This document shows, one piece after another, positions 1 through 9,127 of a stretch of DNA of 54,312 nt. The stretch is from contig JAQXCL010000097.1 in assembly GCA_029251885.1 (NCBI GenBank), positions 1 to 54,312 of the forward strand, given 5' to 3'. The notes beneath the pieces were generated by a model. It saw only the letters and a program-made list of their open reading frames with translations. It searched no databases and was not told where the DNA came from. Source of the DNA: Opitutales bacterium. GTDB lineage: Bacteria; Verrucomicrobiota; Verrucomicrobiia; Opitutales; Seribacteraceae. Within the stretch, counting starts at the first letter, position 1. Each line of letters starts with the position of its first letter. The translations under genes and the position numbers were made by a program.

Positions 1-677
1 TCCTCAGTTTCTCCATAAGCAACAAGGCGCAAATTAAGAAGGGCCAGATGGTCAAAATAATCTTTGGCTGTTGATAAATCGTGGTGCACAACCATCAGGG
101 TCTTCCCTTGGTTACGCAAATTCTTGAGTAAATTAACAATGGCTTTTTCCGTTATTGCATCGACCCCCTCGAAAGGTTCATCCATTAGGTATAGATCACT
201 CTGTTGGGCTAGAGCACGGGCGAGAAATACTCGTTGTTGTTGACCGCCCGAAAGATTGCCAATCTGACGATTTGCATAGGGCAGCATATTCATTTGCTCG
301 AGGCACTCAGATGCGAACGATCGATCGCGCTTGCTAACCCTCTTGAACCATCCGGCATGTCCGAATCTTCCCATGAGTACAACATCCATTGCAGTTACCG
401 GGAAATCCCAGTCCACACTTTCCCTTTGAGGTACATAGCCTACACGCCTAAGGGCTTTACGGGACTTATCACCGAATACCTTTACATATCCATCAACCGG
501 TTTCATCATGCCCATGATTGCCTTGATTAAGGTAGATTTTCCTGCACCGTTCGGTCCTATGATACCAACTAAAGAACCCTCTTCTACTTCCAAATCTACC
601 CCATAGAGAACAGGCTTTTGTTGGTAAGCCACAGTAAGGTCGTGAACTTCAACGGGGTTGGGGAGAATGGCGTTCAT
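1..677 (-). CDS. troB: Mn/Zn ABC transporter ATP-binding protein (TroB/MntB-like), 3' end runs off the window
   Basis: Absent from the ORF track because it is open at the edge. Manual translation of the minus strand from ATG at 677 gives MNAILPNPVEVHDLTVAYQQKPVLYGVDLEVEEGSLVGIIGPNGAGKSTLIK (Walker A) and later LSGGQQQRVFLARALAQQSDLYLMDEPF (signature, Walker B). Its ATG overlaps the stop of the upstream binding-protein gene (TAATG). Confidence 0.92.
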   Translation of the reverse strand, partial: MNAILPNPVEVHDLTVAYQQKPVLYGVDLEVEEGSLVGIIGPNGAGKSTLIKAIMGMMKPVDGYVKVFGDKSRKALRRVGYVPQRESVDWDFPVTAMDVVLMGRFGHAGWFKRVSKRDRSFASECLEQMNMLPYANRQIGNLSGGQQQRVFLARALAQQSDLYLMDEPFEGVDAITEKAIVNLLKNLRNQGKTLMVVHHDLSTAKDYFDHLALLNLRLVAYGETE

Positions 678-1633
678 TACCGTTTATTTAAAGCATGTTC
701 AATCACGATTAGGTTATGTACCATCATTCCTTGCCATGTTGCAGTCGAAAAATTTTCCCCAGTTGGACCTTTGACAAACTCATTTCCTGTTCCCAAGGCA
801 TCAGAAAAAAGAGTTCCTCCAATGGAAGCGCCAGTCTCCTTAGCAATTTCTTCCAAGGCCTTCGGATTAACGCTACTTTCAACGAAAAGTGCGGGGGATT
901 GATGCTTTTCGATAAAATCGGATAAATTTGTTCGATCAGCTAAACCTGCTTCAACCATGGTATTTATTCCTTGTAGCCCAATTACCCTGATTTCAAAATG
1001 ATCTCCGAAATATTGGAAGGCGTCATGACTGGTAATCAAAATTCTATTAGTTTCAGGAAGTGCTTTTATCAAAGATTTACCCCAACGATCGATCTCTTTA
1101 ATAGACGTTTTTAATTTAGATAAATTTTCCTCAAATTCGTTTCGGTGTTCGGGTAGGACTTCTGAAAGCTTTTGAGTGAAAGAATCTGCACAAGTTATCC
1201 AAATTTCAGGTGAGAACCAAACATGAGGATCAACTGCTTTATTCGTATCATCCGTAAAAATTAATGTTTTTTTGGGTAGCTCTTCACACGGAGAATAGTG
1301 AGTTATGCCTTTTCGTTTAGTTTCTTGTAAAACACGGGCAATTTTTCCTTCCAGTGATAAGCCATGAAATAATACAAAGTCGGCAGCTTGGAGGCGCATA
1401 ATGTCCTGTGCCGTTGCACGATAAGAATGGGGGTCGATACCCGGACCCATCAGGGCATCAATATTTATGAGTTTACCTGCAATTTGACTGGCTAAGTCGG
1501 CTAGATGAGTAGTTGTGGCTAACAAATTGAACCTTTTTGAGAATGATTTTTCAGTGGCATTTAATTTACTAAAACCTGTAAAGCAGCTCAGAATGACGAG
1601 TAACGAAAATATTTTTATCAATATAGATTTCAT
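677..1633 (-). CDS. troA: Mn/Zn ABC transporter substrate-binding protein (TroA/MntA, cluster A-I)
   Basis: Signal peptide; metal-ligand motifs GPGIDPHSY, DPHVW, TSHDAFQYF and LFSDALG. Confidence 0.93.
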   Translation of the reverse strand: MKSILIKIFSLLVILSCFTGFSKLNATEKSFSKRFNLLATTTHLADLASQIAGKLINIDALMGPGIDPHSYRATAQDIMRLQAADFVLFHGLSLEGKIARVLQETKRKGITHYSPCEELPKKTLIFTDDTNKAVDPHVWFSPEIWITCADSFTQKLSEVLPEHRNEFEENLSKLKTSIKEIDRWGKSLIKALPETNRILITSHDAFQYFGDHFEIRVIGLQGINTMVEAGLADRTNLSDFIEKHQSPALFVESSVNPKALEEIAKETGASIGGTLFSDALGTGNEFVKGPTGENFSTATWQGMMVHNLIVIEHALNKR

Positions 1634-1654
1634 GTGTTGATTGATAAAACGAAT

Positions 1655-1674
1655 TACTTTGATAAGTCAAAGTA
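1655..1674. promoter_or_regulatory. Candidate MntR/TroR operator, TACTTTGA-TAAG-TCAAAGTA
   Basis: Perfect 8-bp inverted repeat with a 4-bp spacer between divergent troA and the DtxR/MntR gene. It contains a TTGACT hexamer on the minus strand and overlaps TATAAT (1673-1678) on the plus strand. Confidence 0.7.
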
Positions 1675-1733
1675 TAATTTTATAAACTTGAAAATTGAAT
1701 ACGGTAATCTCAAGGTTATGTTTTTTATTATTT

Positions 1734-2393
1734 ATGCCTAGCTCAACAGTAGAAAATTACCTTAAACAAATTCTTGTGGAATCACTTCATGAAGATTCTT
1801 GCGAGGTAAGCATGGGAAAAATAGCCGATTGCCTTGGAGTCACCCCGGGTACTGCCACTACCATGGTTAAAAGCATGGAAAGTAAGGGATGGGTAAAATA
1901 TCGACCTCGCAAAGGAGTGAAATTAACAACTGCCGGTCGCAAGGTTGGTATGAACATGTTGCGCCGGCATCGATTACTCGAAACCTTTTTGGTTGAGACT
2001 CTTGGTTTAGACTGGGGTGAAATTCATGAAGAAGCTGAAGTATTGGAGCATGCAATTTCTGAAAAGGTTTTAGAGAAACTGGATGAATTTCTTGGTCGCC
2101 CAAGCCACGACCCCCATGGTGATCCCATTCCCACACGAAGGGGTGGTTTACCCAAGGCATCCAACCGGAGTTTGCTAGATTGTAAAGTGGGAGACCTTGT
2201 GTGTATTGAATCAATACAGGATCAAGAAAAGGAATTTCTTCAATTTGCCCGAAAAAATAAATTGATGCCCGGCAGAAAAATTGATGTGATTCGCCATGAT
2301 CGGATTGCCGATTCCATAGAGATTAAAATCGATAACAAAACAGTCATTACTTTGGGATCCAAAACTGCAGAAAAAATCGTTATCCGGAACTAA
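1734..2393 (+). CDS. mntR: DtxR/MntR-family metal-dependent repressor with C-terminal FeoA/SH3-like domain
   Basis: STVENYLK, HTH region, RRHRLLETFL, HEEAEVLEH and DPHGDPIP motifs. ATG 1734 preferred over the TTG at 1695. Confidence 0.92.
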   Translation: MPSSTVENYLKQILVESLHEDSCEVSMGKIADCLGVTPGTATTMVKSMESKGWVKYRPRKGVKLTTAGRKVGMNMLRRHRLLETFLVETLGLDWGEIHEEAEVLEHAISEKVLEKLDEFLGRPSHDPHGDPIPTRRGGLPKASNRSLLDCKVGDLVCIESIQDQEKEFLQFARKNKLMPGRKIDVIRHDRIADSIEIKIDNKTVITLGSKTAEKIVIRN

Positions 2394-2484
2394 GGTTTCG
2401 AACTTTTATAAAAAAGGGGTTGCCCCCAAACTTCTGAATTTGCGAAAAACATAAATACTAATTTAAAAATCCATCATAACAGCC

Positions 2485-3528
2485 ATGCCTAGAAATGTAA
2501 CACTCTTCACCGGTCAATGGGCCGACCTCTCACTGCCGGATCTTGCCGCCAAAGCTTCCCAAATGGGATACGACGGACTGGAATTAGCCTGTTGGGGCGA
2601 TCATTTCGATGTCGATAAAGCAGCAGTCTCCAAAAAATACTGCCGGGAAAGGTGGGATATTCTTAGTGATCATGGACTAACTGCCTTTGCCATATCCAGT
2701 CATTTGGTCGGACAGGCGGTTTGCGATCTGATAGACGAGCGTCACAAAGCAATTCTTCCCGCAGATGTTTGGGGGGAAGGTGATCCAGAAAAGGTGCGGC
2801 GGCGGGCAGCCAAAAAATTAGCCAAGACGGCCAAGGCATGCAGGAACTTTATCAATGAAAAACCTGGTAGGGGAAAGAAAGATGATTTTCCTGCTGTGGT
2901 AAATGGCTTTACTGGTTCGAGTATCTGGCACTCCATCTATGCGTTTCCACCCACAGACCAAGCCTACTGGGACAAAGGGTTTGAAGATTTTGCCAATCGC
3001 TTCGGGCCCATTCTCGAGGAGTTTGAAAAGCAAAATGTAAACTTTGCTTTGGAGGTTCACCCAACGGAGATCGCCTTTGATATAGCTAGTGCCCAACGGG
3101 CTTTGGATGCGGTCAAGAGCCATAAACGATTTGGTTTTAATTATGATCCTTCTCACCTTGGTTATCAAGGCGTGGATTATGTAAAGTTCATCAGAACATT
3201 TCCTGGACGTATCTATCATGCTCACATGAAGGATGCCTGGTGGGGGCACGGGGACGGTTCGGTAGGAGTTTTTGGAGGTCATACCACATTTGCGGATCCC
3301 AGAAGGTTTTGGGACTTTCGTTCCATTGGTCGTGGAGATGTAAATTTTGAGGATATCATTATTGCCCTCAACGATATCGGTTATGCTGGTCCACTTTCGG
3401 TAGAGTGGGAAGATAGCCGGATGGATCGATTTCACGGAGCTGAAGAGTCCTGTGCTTTTGTAAGAAAGCTTGATTTTAAGCCTAATGAAATGGCCTTTGA
3501 TTCGGCATTCGACAAGGAAAACCAATAA
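2485..3528 (+). CDS. Sugar phosphate isomerase/epimerase family TIM-barrel protein (xylose isomerase-like/AP endonuclease 2 fold)
   Basis: [34 protein letters not shown] and LSVEWED metal-binding motifs. Confidence 0.88.
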   Translation: MPRNVTLFTGQWADLSLPDLAAKASQMGYDGLELACWGDHFDVDKAAVSKKYCRERWDILSDHGLTAFAISSHLVGQAVCDLIDERHKAILPADVWGEGDPEKVRRRAAKKLAKTAKACRNFINEKPGRGKKDDFPAVVNGFTGSSIWHSIYAFPPTDQAYWDKGFEDFANRFGPILEEFEKQNVNFALEVHPTEIAFDIASAQRALDAVKSHKRFGFNYDPSHLGYQGVDYVKFIRTFPGRIYHAHMKDAWWGHGDGSVGVFGGHTTFADPRRFWDFRSIGRGDVNFEDIIIALNDIGYAGPLSVEWEDSRMDRFHGAEESCAFVRKLDFKPNEMAFDSAFDKENQ

Positions 3529-3540
3529 ACTTTCAAACAG

Positions 3541-4710
3541 ATGAAAAATAGAAAATTAAGAATGGGCATGGTAGGAGGAGGCCGGGGGGCATTTATTGGC
3601 GGAGTGCATCGTCGGGCCGCTGCTTTGGACGGACAAATTGAGTTGGTTGCAGGAGCATTCTCTTCAGATCCAAAAAAATCAGCTTTGTCGGGTAAGGACT
3701 TTTTTATCGATTCGTCGAAAGTTTATTCATCTTACAAGGAAATGGCCCAAAAGGAAGGTGCCTTACCCTTGGGAGAAAGAATAGACTTTGCATCTATTGT
3801 GGTGCGCAATCATTTGCACTTCGAAGTCGCCAAGACCTTTTTAGAAGCGGGCATCAATGTAATCTGTGACAAACCAGCCACCTTCACTCTGGCGGAGGCA
3901 AGGGAATTAAAAAAAATTATTCATAAAAGCAAAAAGGTATTTGCCCTCACCCATAACTATACAGGTTACCCCATGGTCAAGCTTGCACGTCAGATGGTGA
4001 AAAAAGGTGAACTTGGAAAAATCATCAAGGTGGTATGCGAATATCCTCAGGGCTATGCCATCACTGCTTTGACCGGAGAAGACAAATCGATTGCTAACTG
4101 GCGAGCTGATCCAAAACTTGCAGGTATTTCCAATTGTATGGGAGATATTGGAACCCACGCGGAAAATCTCGTTCATTATATAAGCGGCTTGGAGATCGAT
4201 TCATTATGTGCCGATCTTTCCGTAAATATTCCGGGGAGGAAATTGGATGATGACGGCAATGTTTTGGTTCGCTTTAAAGGAGGTGCCCGGGGAATTATTT
4301 ATGCTTCCCAAGTTTCTAATGGAGACGAGAATAACCTTAATATTCGGGTATATGGAACCAAGAGGTCAATCGAGTGGCACCAAGAAGAGCCCAACGATTT
4401 GATCGTTAAGGATGCCCGTGCTCCTCGCCAAGTTTACCGACGTGGAAATAGTTATGTTTCTGGAGATGCAGCCTTGAACACGCGGATACCTTTTGGGCAC
4501 CCGGAAGGATTTATTGAAGCCTTTGCTAATGTCTACAACTCCGCATCCGTGGCAATTCGTGATGAAGTGAATGGAAAGTTTCCCCGTAAGTCAGGATATG
4601 ATTATCCGGATATTCGTGATGGTATTATTGGCATGGCTTTTATTGAGACCGTAGTAAAAAGTTCGAACTCAAAACAAAAGTGGGTCAAGTTTCCCTCTAT
4701 TCCTGCGTAA
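3541..4710 (+). CDS. Gfo/Idh/MocA family oxidoreductase
   Basis: GMVGGGRGAFIG Rossmann motif, VICDKP, GDIGTH and GHPEG. Confidence 0.92.
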   Translation: MKNRKLRMGMVGGGRGAFIGGVHRRAAALDGQIELVAGAFSSDPKKSALSGKDFFIDSSKVYSSYKEMAQKEGALPLGERIDFASIVVRNHLHFEVAKTFLEAGINVICDKPATFTLAEARELKKIIHKSKKVFALTHNYTGYPMVKLARQMVKKGELGKIIKVVCEYPQGYAITALTGEDKSIANWRADPKLAGISNCMGDIGTHAENLVHYISGLEIDSLCADLSVNIPGRKLDDDGNVLVRFKGGARGIIYASQVSNGDENNLNIRVYGTKRSIEWHQEEPNDLIVKDARAPRQVYRRGNSYVSGDAALNTRIPFGHPEGFIEAFANVYNSASVAIRDEVNGKFPRKSGYDYPDIRDGIIGMAFIETVVKSSNSKQKWVKFPSIPA

Positions 4711-4738
4711 ATAGTAACCCTCATATCTCATATCTCTT

Positions 4739-5824
4739 ATGACTCAAAAAATAGGAATCATTGGTGCCGGTGGAATGTTGCAATATCATGCACCTGGATT
4801 TAAAGCAGGCGGTGGCGAAATTATTGCCATTTGCGACATGAACCAAGAAGCAGCGAAGAAGGCTGCACATACTTACGGAGCTTCTCATGTCTTTGGAGAT
4901 TCTCAAAAGATGCTGGATGAATTGTCTAACTTGGATGCAATTAGTATTATTACGCCAAACCGTACACACATGCCTCTTGCATTACAGGCTTTGCGTGCAG
5001 GCAAGCATGTCTTTTGCGAAAAACCACCAGCCCTCAATGCCCAAGAAGTCGCAGAGATGAAACAGGCAGCAGATGATGCGGGTAAGACGTTGATGTTCAA
5101 CTTCAATAATCGTGCTCGTCCGGAATCTTATGCTATGCGAAGTTACATCGAGTCCGGTCAGCTGGGAACGATTAATTCCGCTCAGGCCAAATGGATACGT
5201 CGAACTGGAATTCCTGGTTTTGGTGGATGGTTTACCAATAAGGCTCAGTCGGGTGGGGGCCCTTTAATCGATCTTTTACATATGATTGATTTGGCTCTTT
5301 TTTACATGGATTATCCAAAGCCCACTCATGTGCTTGCTCAGACCTTTAATAATTTTATCCAAGATAAGGGATTCAAGGGACCGTGGGGAATTCCCGATGT
5401 AGCTGATGGTGTGACCGACGTTGAAAGTGCAGCCCATGGCTTTGTCCGTTTTGATACCGGCCAGGTATTAAGTTTTCAAGTATCCTGGGCGGAAATGAAC
5501 AAGCAAGAGGAAGTTTCCGTTACATTCCAAGGATCTCAGGCTGGTGGAATGGTTCGCAGGCTATTCGGGCGCGATGGAATTGATGCTACCGCTTTAGATG
5601 ATTGCGAACTTTATTTTCAAGAGCATGGTCGCTCGGTCAATCGTTCGGTAGTGGTTGAGGAATGCGAGGATATGGGAAGAATTCGTTCAGCCCAGAATTT
5701 CGCTTTAACTTTAGAGGGCAAAGAAGCCCCTTTAAATACTCCCGATCAAGCTCTTGCGTTGATGAAAATCATTGATGCTACCTACGAGTCCGCCCGCTCC
5801 GGCAAGCCTGTCGAAATTGCTTGA
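4739..5824 (+). CDS. Gfo/Idh/MocA family oxidoreductase
   Basis: IGIIGAG, HVFCEKP and GGGPLIDLLHMID. Confidence 0.92.
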   Translation: MTQKIGIIGAGGMLQYHAPGFKAGGGEIIAICDMNQEAAKKAAHTYGASHVFGDSQKMLDELSNLDAISIITPNRTHMPLALQALRAGKHVFCEKPPALNAQEVAEMKQAADDAGKTLMFNFNNRARPESYAMRSYIESGQLGTINSAQAKWIRRTGIPGFGGWFTNKAQSGGGPLIDLLHMIDLALFYMDYPKPTHVLAQTFNNFIQDKGFKGPWGIPDVADGVTDVESAAHGFVRFDTGQVLSFQVSWAEMNKQEEVSVTFQGSQAGGMVRRLFGRDGIDATALDDCELYFQEHGRSVNRSVVVEECEDMGRIRSAQNFALTLEGKEAPLNTPDQALALMKIIDATYESARSGKPVEIA

Positions 5825-5843
5825 TTTTGGCCATTCACTGAGC

Positions 5844-5872
5844 TTGCCAACACTTTCTAATTACCGTAGTTT
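5844..5872 (+). promoter_or_regulatory. Sigma70-like promoter TTGCCA-N17-TAGTTT for the small basic protein
   Basis: The two hexamers are 17 bp apart and end 12 nt before ATG 5885, implying a very short 5' UTR with no Shine-Dalgarno sequence. Confidence 0.5.
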
Positions 5873-5884
5873 CTTCTTTCGAAC

Positions 5885-6196
5885 ATGAGTAAACAGTATA
5901 ACAAATTGATCAAGCGTCGTCGTCGCACGGCCTATTTGGCCCGTCGAAAAAAAGCGCTGGCTGAAGCCACCACCAAGAAAACGTCTGCCAAAGCAAAGCC
6001 GGCCAAAGCTAAAAGAGCTTCCAAGTCCGTGCCTAAGCGTCCCGCTCCCAAGGCCGAACCAACCAGTTCTGCAGCAGAGGTTAAAGCATCAGACAAAGCA
6101 ACCGCTGCCGATGTGCTTGGGCCAGATTCGGAGGCTTCAAAAACTCCGAAGGCTGTCGTTGAGGAGAAGGACGCACCTTCCTCCTCAAAGGAGTAA
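5885..6196 (+). CDS. Small basic protein: Arg/Lys-rich N-terminus plus Lys/Ala/Pro low-complexity tail
   Basis: MSKQYNKLIKRRRRTAYLARRKK followed by KAKPAKAK-type repeats. It fills the gap between neighbours and has its own promoter. Confidence 0.75.
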   Translation: MSKQYNKLIKRRRRTAYLARRKKALAEATTKKTSAKAKPAKAKRASKSVPKRPAPKAEPTSSAAEVKASDKATAADVLGPDSEASKTPKAVVEEKDAPSSSKE

Positions 6197-6214
6197 TTTT
6201 TGATCGGGCCGGGA

Positions 6215-6694
6215 ATGCGGGGAATCATATTTGGTTTCCCTGCCATCTTTGCTTGCCTAAGTTTCTTGGTCTCACCCTGTAGTGGAGAGGTAAAATTAGA
6301 AGTTAGGAACCAAGATTTTTTTACGGTTAAGGACTTCAGGCGAATTCCAGAATATTTTACTGGGCGAGAATTTTTGGGTTTGAAAGTTTACTGCCGATCT
6401 AATTCTCAAGTTAGGGATGGATTCTACTTTGTGGTAAAAGTTGGAGGGAATAAGCAAAAATTACCTATCAGCTCTCATTGGATTGTTGACTGGGTGACCT
6501 CTTCCGATCCAATGGTCAAAACTCAAAAAGTTTCCATTCCAAATTTAAAGCTTTTTGGAAAAGAAGTTTTTGTCGGACTGACCGGAGACCACTGGGCCGA
6601 TCGTTCTCTTAAACCGCTTGCTTGGCGATTACGCCTGATTGATGATCAAGGGACTGCGCTTGGATCAAGTCAGAGTTTTTTGTGGTCCAAATAA
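6215..6694 (+). CDS. Hypothetical exported protein
   Basis: Hydrophobic N-terminus and aromatic C-terminus (SQSFLW). Start uncertain (TTG 6200 or ATG 6215). Confidence 0.65.
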   Translation: MRGIIFGFPAIFACLSFLVSPCSGEVKLEVRNQDFFTVKDFRRIPEYFTGREFLGLKVYCRSNSQVRDGFYFVVKVGGNKQKLPISSHWIVDWVTSSDPMVKTQKVSIPNLKLFGKEVFVGLTGDHWADRSLKPLAWRLRLIDDQGTALGSSQSFLWSK

Positions 6695-6713
6695 ATTGGG
6701 TTTGCCCAATGTT

Positions 6714-7595
6714 ATGACTGCTTGTTGGGATCCGGTTGGTTCAACTGATTCGATCAGTCTTCTTGGCCTTGAAGAGTCACTGCTTGGTGGACAAAGTTTT
6801 TCCTGGTCTTATCTGGGTGATAAAAAATGGGTCGGAGTAATTCGGAGATCAATCGTACATTTGCGTTGGGAAAATGGTCAGTTGTATTGGTGTGCCACTG
6901 GTCCCGTTCCTCTGAGTAAAAAAGAAATTGAAGATTATTTATGGCTTGATGATTCATATCGTGAAGCCGTTGATGCTTTACCTTGGCGTAGTGATCAGTC
7001 TTTGGGTCAAGCAATTAAGAAATTTCCCGGTTTGAGGGTGCTTAGGCAACCAATCGATGAAACTTTATTGGTTTTTCTTTTGAGTTCCGCCAAGAGTATT
7101 CCTCAAATTAAGCAGCTTCGACATCGCATCCACTTAAATTTTGGAGAGGATCTAGGAGAGGGTTTATTCGCTTTTCCCGGTTGGGAAAGGCTGAGTAAAT
7201 TGTCTGAAACTGATGCAAGAAAATTGGGCATGGGGTACCGTGCCAAATACCTGGTTGGTGTCGCCCAATTTCTTTGCCAGCGGCAAGGTTGGTTAGAGGA
7301 GATAAATGGGTTGAACTACAAAAAAGCCCGATCTTGTCTTATGGAACTTCCTGGCGTGGGACCCAAGGTGGCGGATTGCGTACTTTTGTTTGGTGCAGGA
7401 AAAAGCCAAGCATTCCCCATCGACACCTGGATTTTACAAGCTTTAGAAAGACAATATGGTATGAAAAGATGGACCATGCAACAAATGCAGGAATTTGCTG
7501 GAATCCATTTTGGCCAACACGCAGGACTTGCTCAACAATTCCTTTTCTCTTTCCAAAGGTCGGTCGGGCAGACGAAGTCGGTCAAAAAAGAATAA
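6714..7595 (+). CDS. ogg: 8-oxoguanine DNA glycosylase, OGG1-like (OGG_N plus HhH-GPD)
   Basis: GQSFSW N-domain, GLRVLRQ, LGMGYRAKY, HhH LPGVGPKVADCVLLF with the catalytic Lys, and AFPIDTW with the catalytic Asp. ATG 6714 avoids overlap with the upstream gene. Confidence 0.85.
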   Translation: MTACWDPVGSTDSISLLGLEESLLGGQSFSWSYLGDKKWVGVIRRSIVHLRWENGQLYWCATGPVPLSKKEIEDYLWLDDSYREAVDALPWRSDQSLGQAIKKFPGLRVLRQPIDETLLVFLLSSAKSIPQIKQLRHRIHLNFGEDLGEGLFAFPGWERLSKLSETDARKLGMGYRAKYLVGVAQFLCQRQGWLEEINGLNYKKARSCLMELPGVGPKVADCVLLFGAGKSQAFPIDTWILQALERQYGMKRWTMQQMQEFAGIHFGQHAGLAQQFLFSFQRSVGQTKSVKKE

Positions 7596-7668
7596 AAAAG
7601 TGACAATGAACTTTCCAATCACACAGAGTAGCTTAAGTATTGGTTCCTTATTTTTGTAAAATATTTTA

Positions 7669-9123
7669 ATGAATCCTCACTCCCAATTTAAAAATTATTC
7701 AGTTGATCATTTCTTTGATGAAATGTTCCTCGATGAGGAGGGAAAAAGTCCACGCCCTCATTATGAAAGAATTTTTAAAAGATTGGACAGCCTGACCGAA
7801 TCGGAAATTTCTGAAAGGCGTCAACAAGCGGACACTTCTTTTCTAGAGCATGGTATTACTTTTACGGTCTACGGTGAAGAAGGTGGAACCGAACGTATCT
7901 TTCCCTTCGATCCAATTCCACGGGTGATTCCCGAGAGTGAATGGAGTGTGGTTGAACGGGGGCTTAGGCAGCGTATCATCGCCTTGAATTTATTTCTCAA
8001 TGATATTTACCATGATGGAAAGATCATAAAGGATGGGGTTATTCCTGAAGAGATCATTCGTTCGTCCAAAAATTTTCGTCCGGAAATGGCTGGTTTTGAA
8101 CCACCTCAAGAAGTATACGCTCACATCTGCGGGACTGATTTGATTCGTGATGACCAGGGAAATTACTTGGTTTTGGAAGACAATGCCCGCTGTCCATCTG
8201 GAGCTTCTTATCTCTTAGAGAATCGGGAAATTATAAAGCGGGCTTTTCCTCAAACTTTTGGGGGTATGTCGGTTCGCCCAGTAGAAGCTTATCCGGATTT
8301 ACTCTTACGAACATTGGAACACTTATCTCCCCGTAAGTCCCAAAAACCTGTCTGTGTATTACTTACTCCCGGGGTATACAACAGTGCCTATTTCGAACAT
8401 ACTTTTCTTGCCAGGCAGATGGGCATAGAAATCGTGGAGGGTAAGGATTTAGTTTCGATTGATTCTTTTGTTTACATGAGAACAACGCGTGGATTAGTCC
8501 AAGTCGATGTGATCTACCGTAGGCTGGACGATGACTTTTTGGACCCTTTGGTATTTCGAAAAGATTCGATGCTGGGCGTCCCCGGATTAATGGATGCATA
8601 CCTCCGTGGAAATGTCGCCCTTGCCAATGCCGTGGGAACGGGAGTCGCCGATGATAAGGTGACTTACGCATATGTTCCGGATATGATTAAATACTACCTT
8701 GATGAGGATGCTATCCTTCCCAATGTGCCCACTTATTTATGTTGGCGCGATACAGACCGATCGCATGTTTTAGAAAACCTCCAAAATTTGGTGGTGAAAG
8801 CGGCTAATGAATCTGGCGGTTACGGTATGCTCATAGGAAATCAATCTACGGCAAAGGAGCGGGAAGAATTTGCACGGCTCATAAAATCCAATCCTAGAGA
8901 GTATATTGCTCAGCCGATTATATCTCTTTCACGTCACCCCACTTTTTGTGAAGAGGGAATAGAAGGCAGGCATATTGATTTACGCCCCTTTATTCTTTAT
9001 GGCGAAGATGTGGAAATCGTGCCTGGTGGATTAACCCGTGTTGCCCTGAAAAAAGGTTCACTCGTAGTTAATTCCTCACAAGGTGGTGGCAGCAAGGACA
9101 CCTGGGTATTGAAGGATTTTTAA
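7669..9123 (+). CDS. Circularly permuted ATP-grasp type 2 protein
   Basis: [54 protein letters not shown] and [14 protein letters not shown]. Confidence 0.93.
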   Translation: MNPHSQFKNYSVDHFFDEMFLDEEGKSPRPHYERIFKRLDSLTESEISERRQQADTSFLEHGITFTVYGEEGGTERIFPFDPIPRVIPESEWSVVERGLRQRIIALNLFLNDIYHDGKIIKDGVIPEEIIRSSKNFRPEMAGFEPPQEVYAHICGTDLIRDDQGNYLVLEDNARCPSGASYLLENREIIKRAFPQTFGGMSVRPVEAYPDLLLRTLEHLSPRKSQKPVCVLLTPGVYNSAYFEHTFLARQMGIEIVEGKDLVSIDSFVYMRTTRGLVQVDVIYRRLDDDFLDPLVFRKDSMLGVPGLMDAYLRGNVALANAVGTGVADDKVTYAYVPDMIKYYLDEDAILPNVPTYLCWRDTDRSHVLENLQNLVVKAANESGGYGMLIGNQSTAKEREEFARLIKSNPREYIAQPIISLSRHPTFCEEGIEGRHIDLRPFILYGEDVEIVPGGLTRVALKKGSLVVNSSQGGGSKDTWVLKDF

Positions 9124-9127
9124 GATC

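Noticed and set aside
155-925. Several short plus-strand ORFs
   Set aside because: They overlap the minus-strand troB/troA genes, which carry clear motifs.
2818-3525. 235-aa antisense ORF
   Set aside because: Lies wholly opposite the well-supported TIM-barrel gene and has no motifs; a codon-bias shadow.
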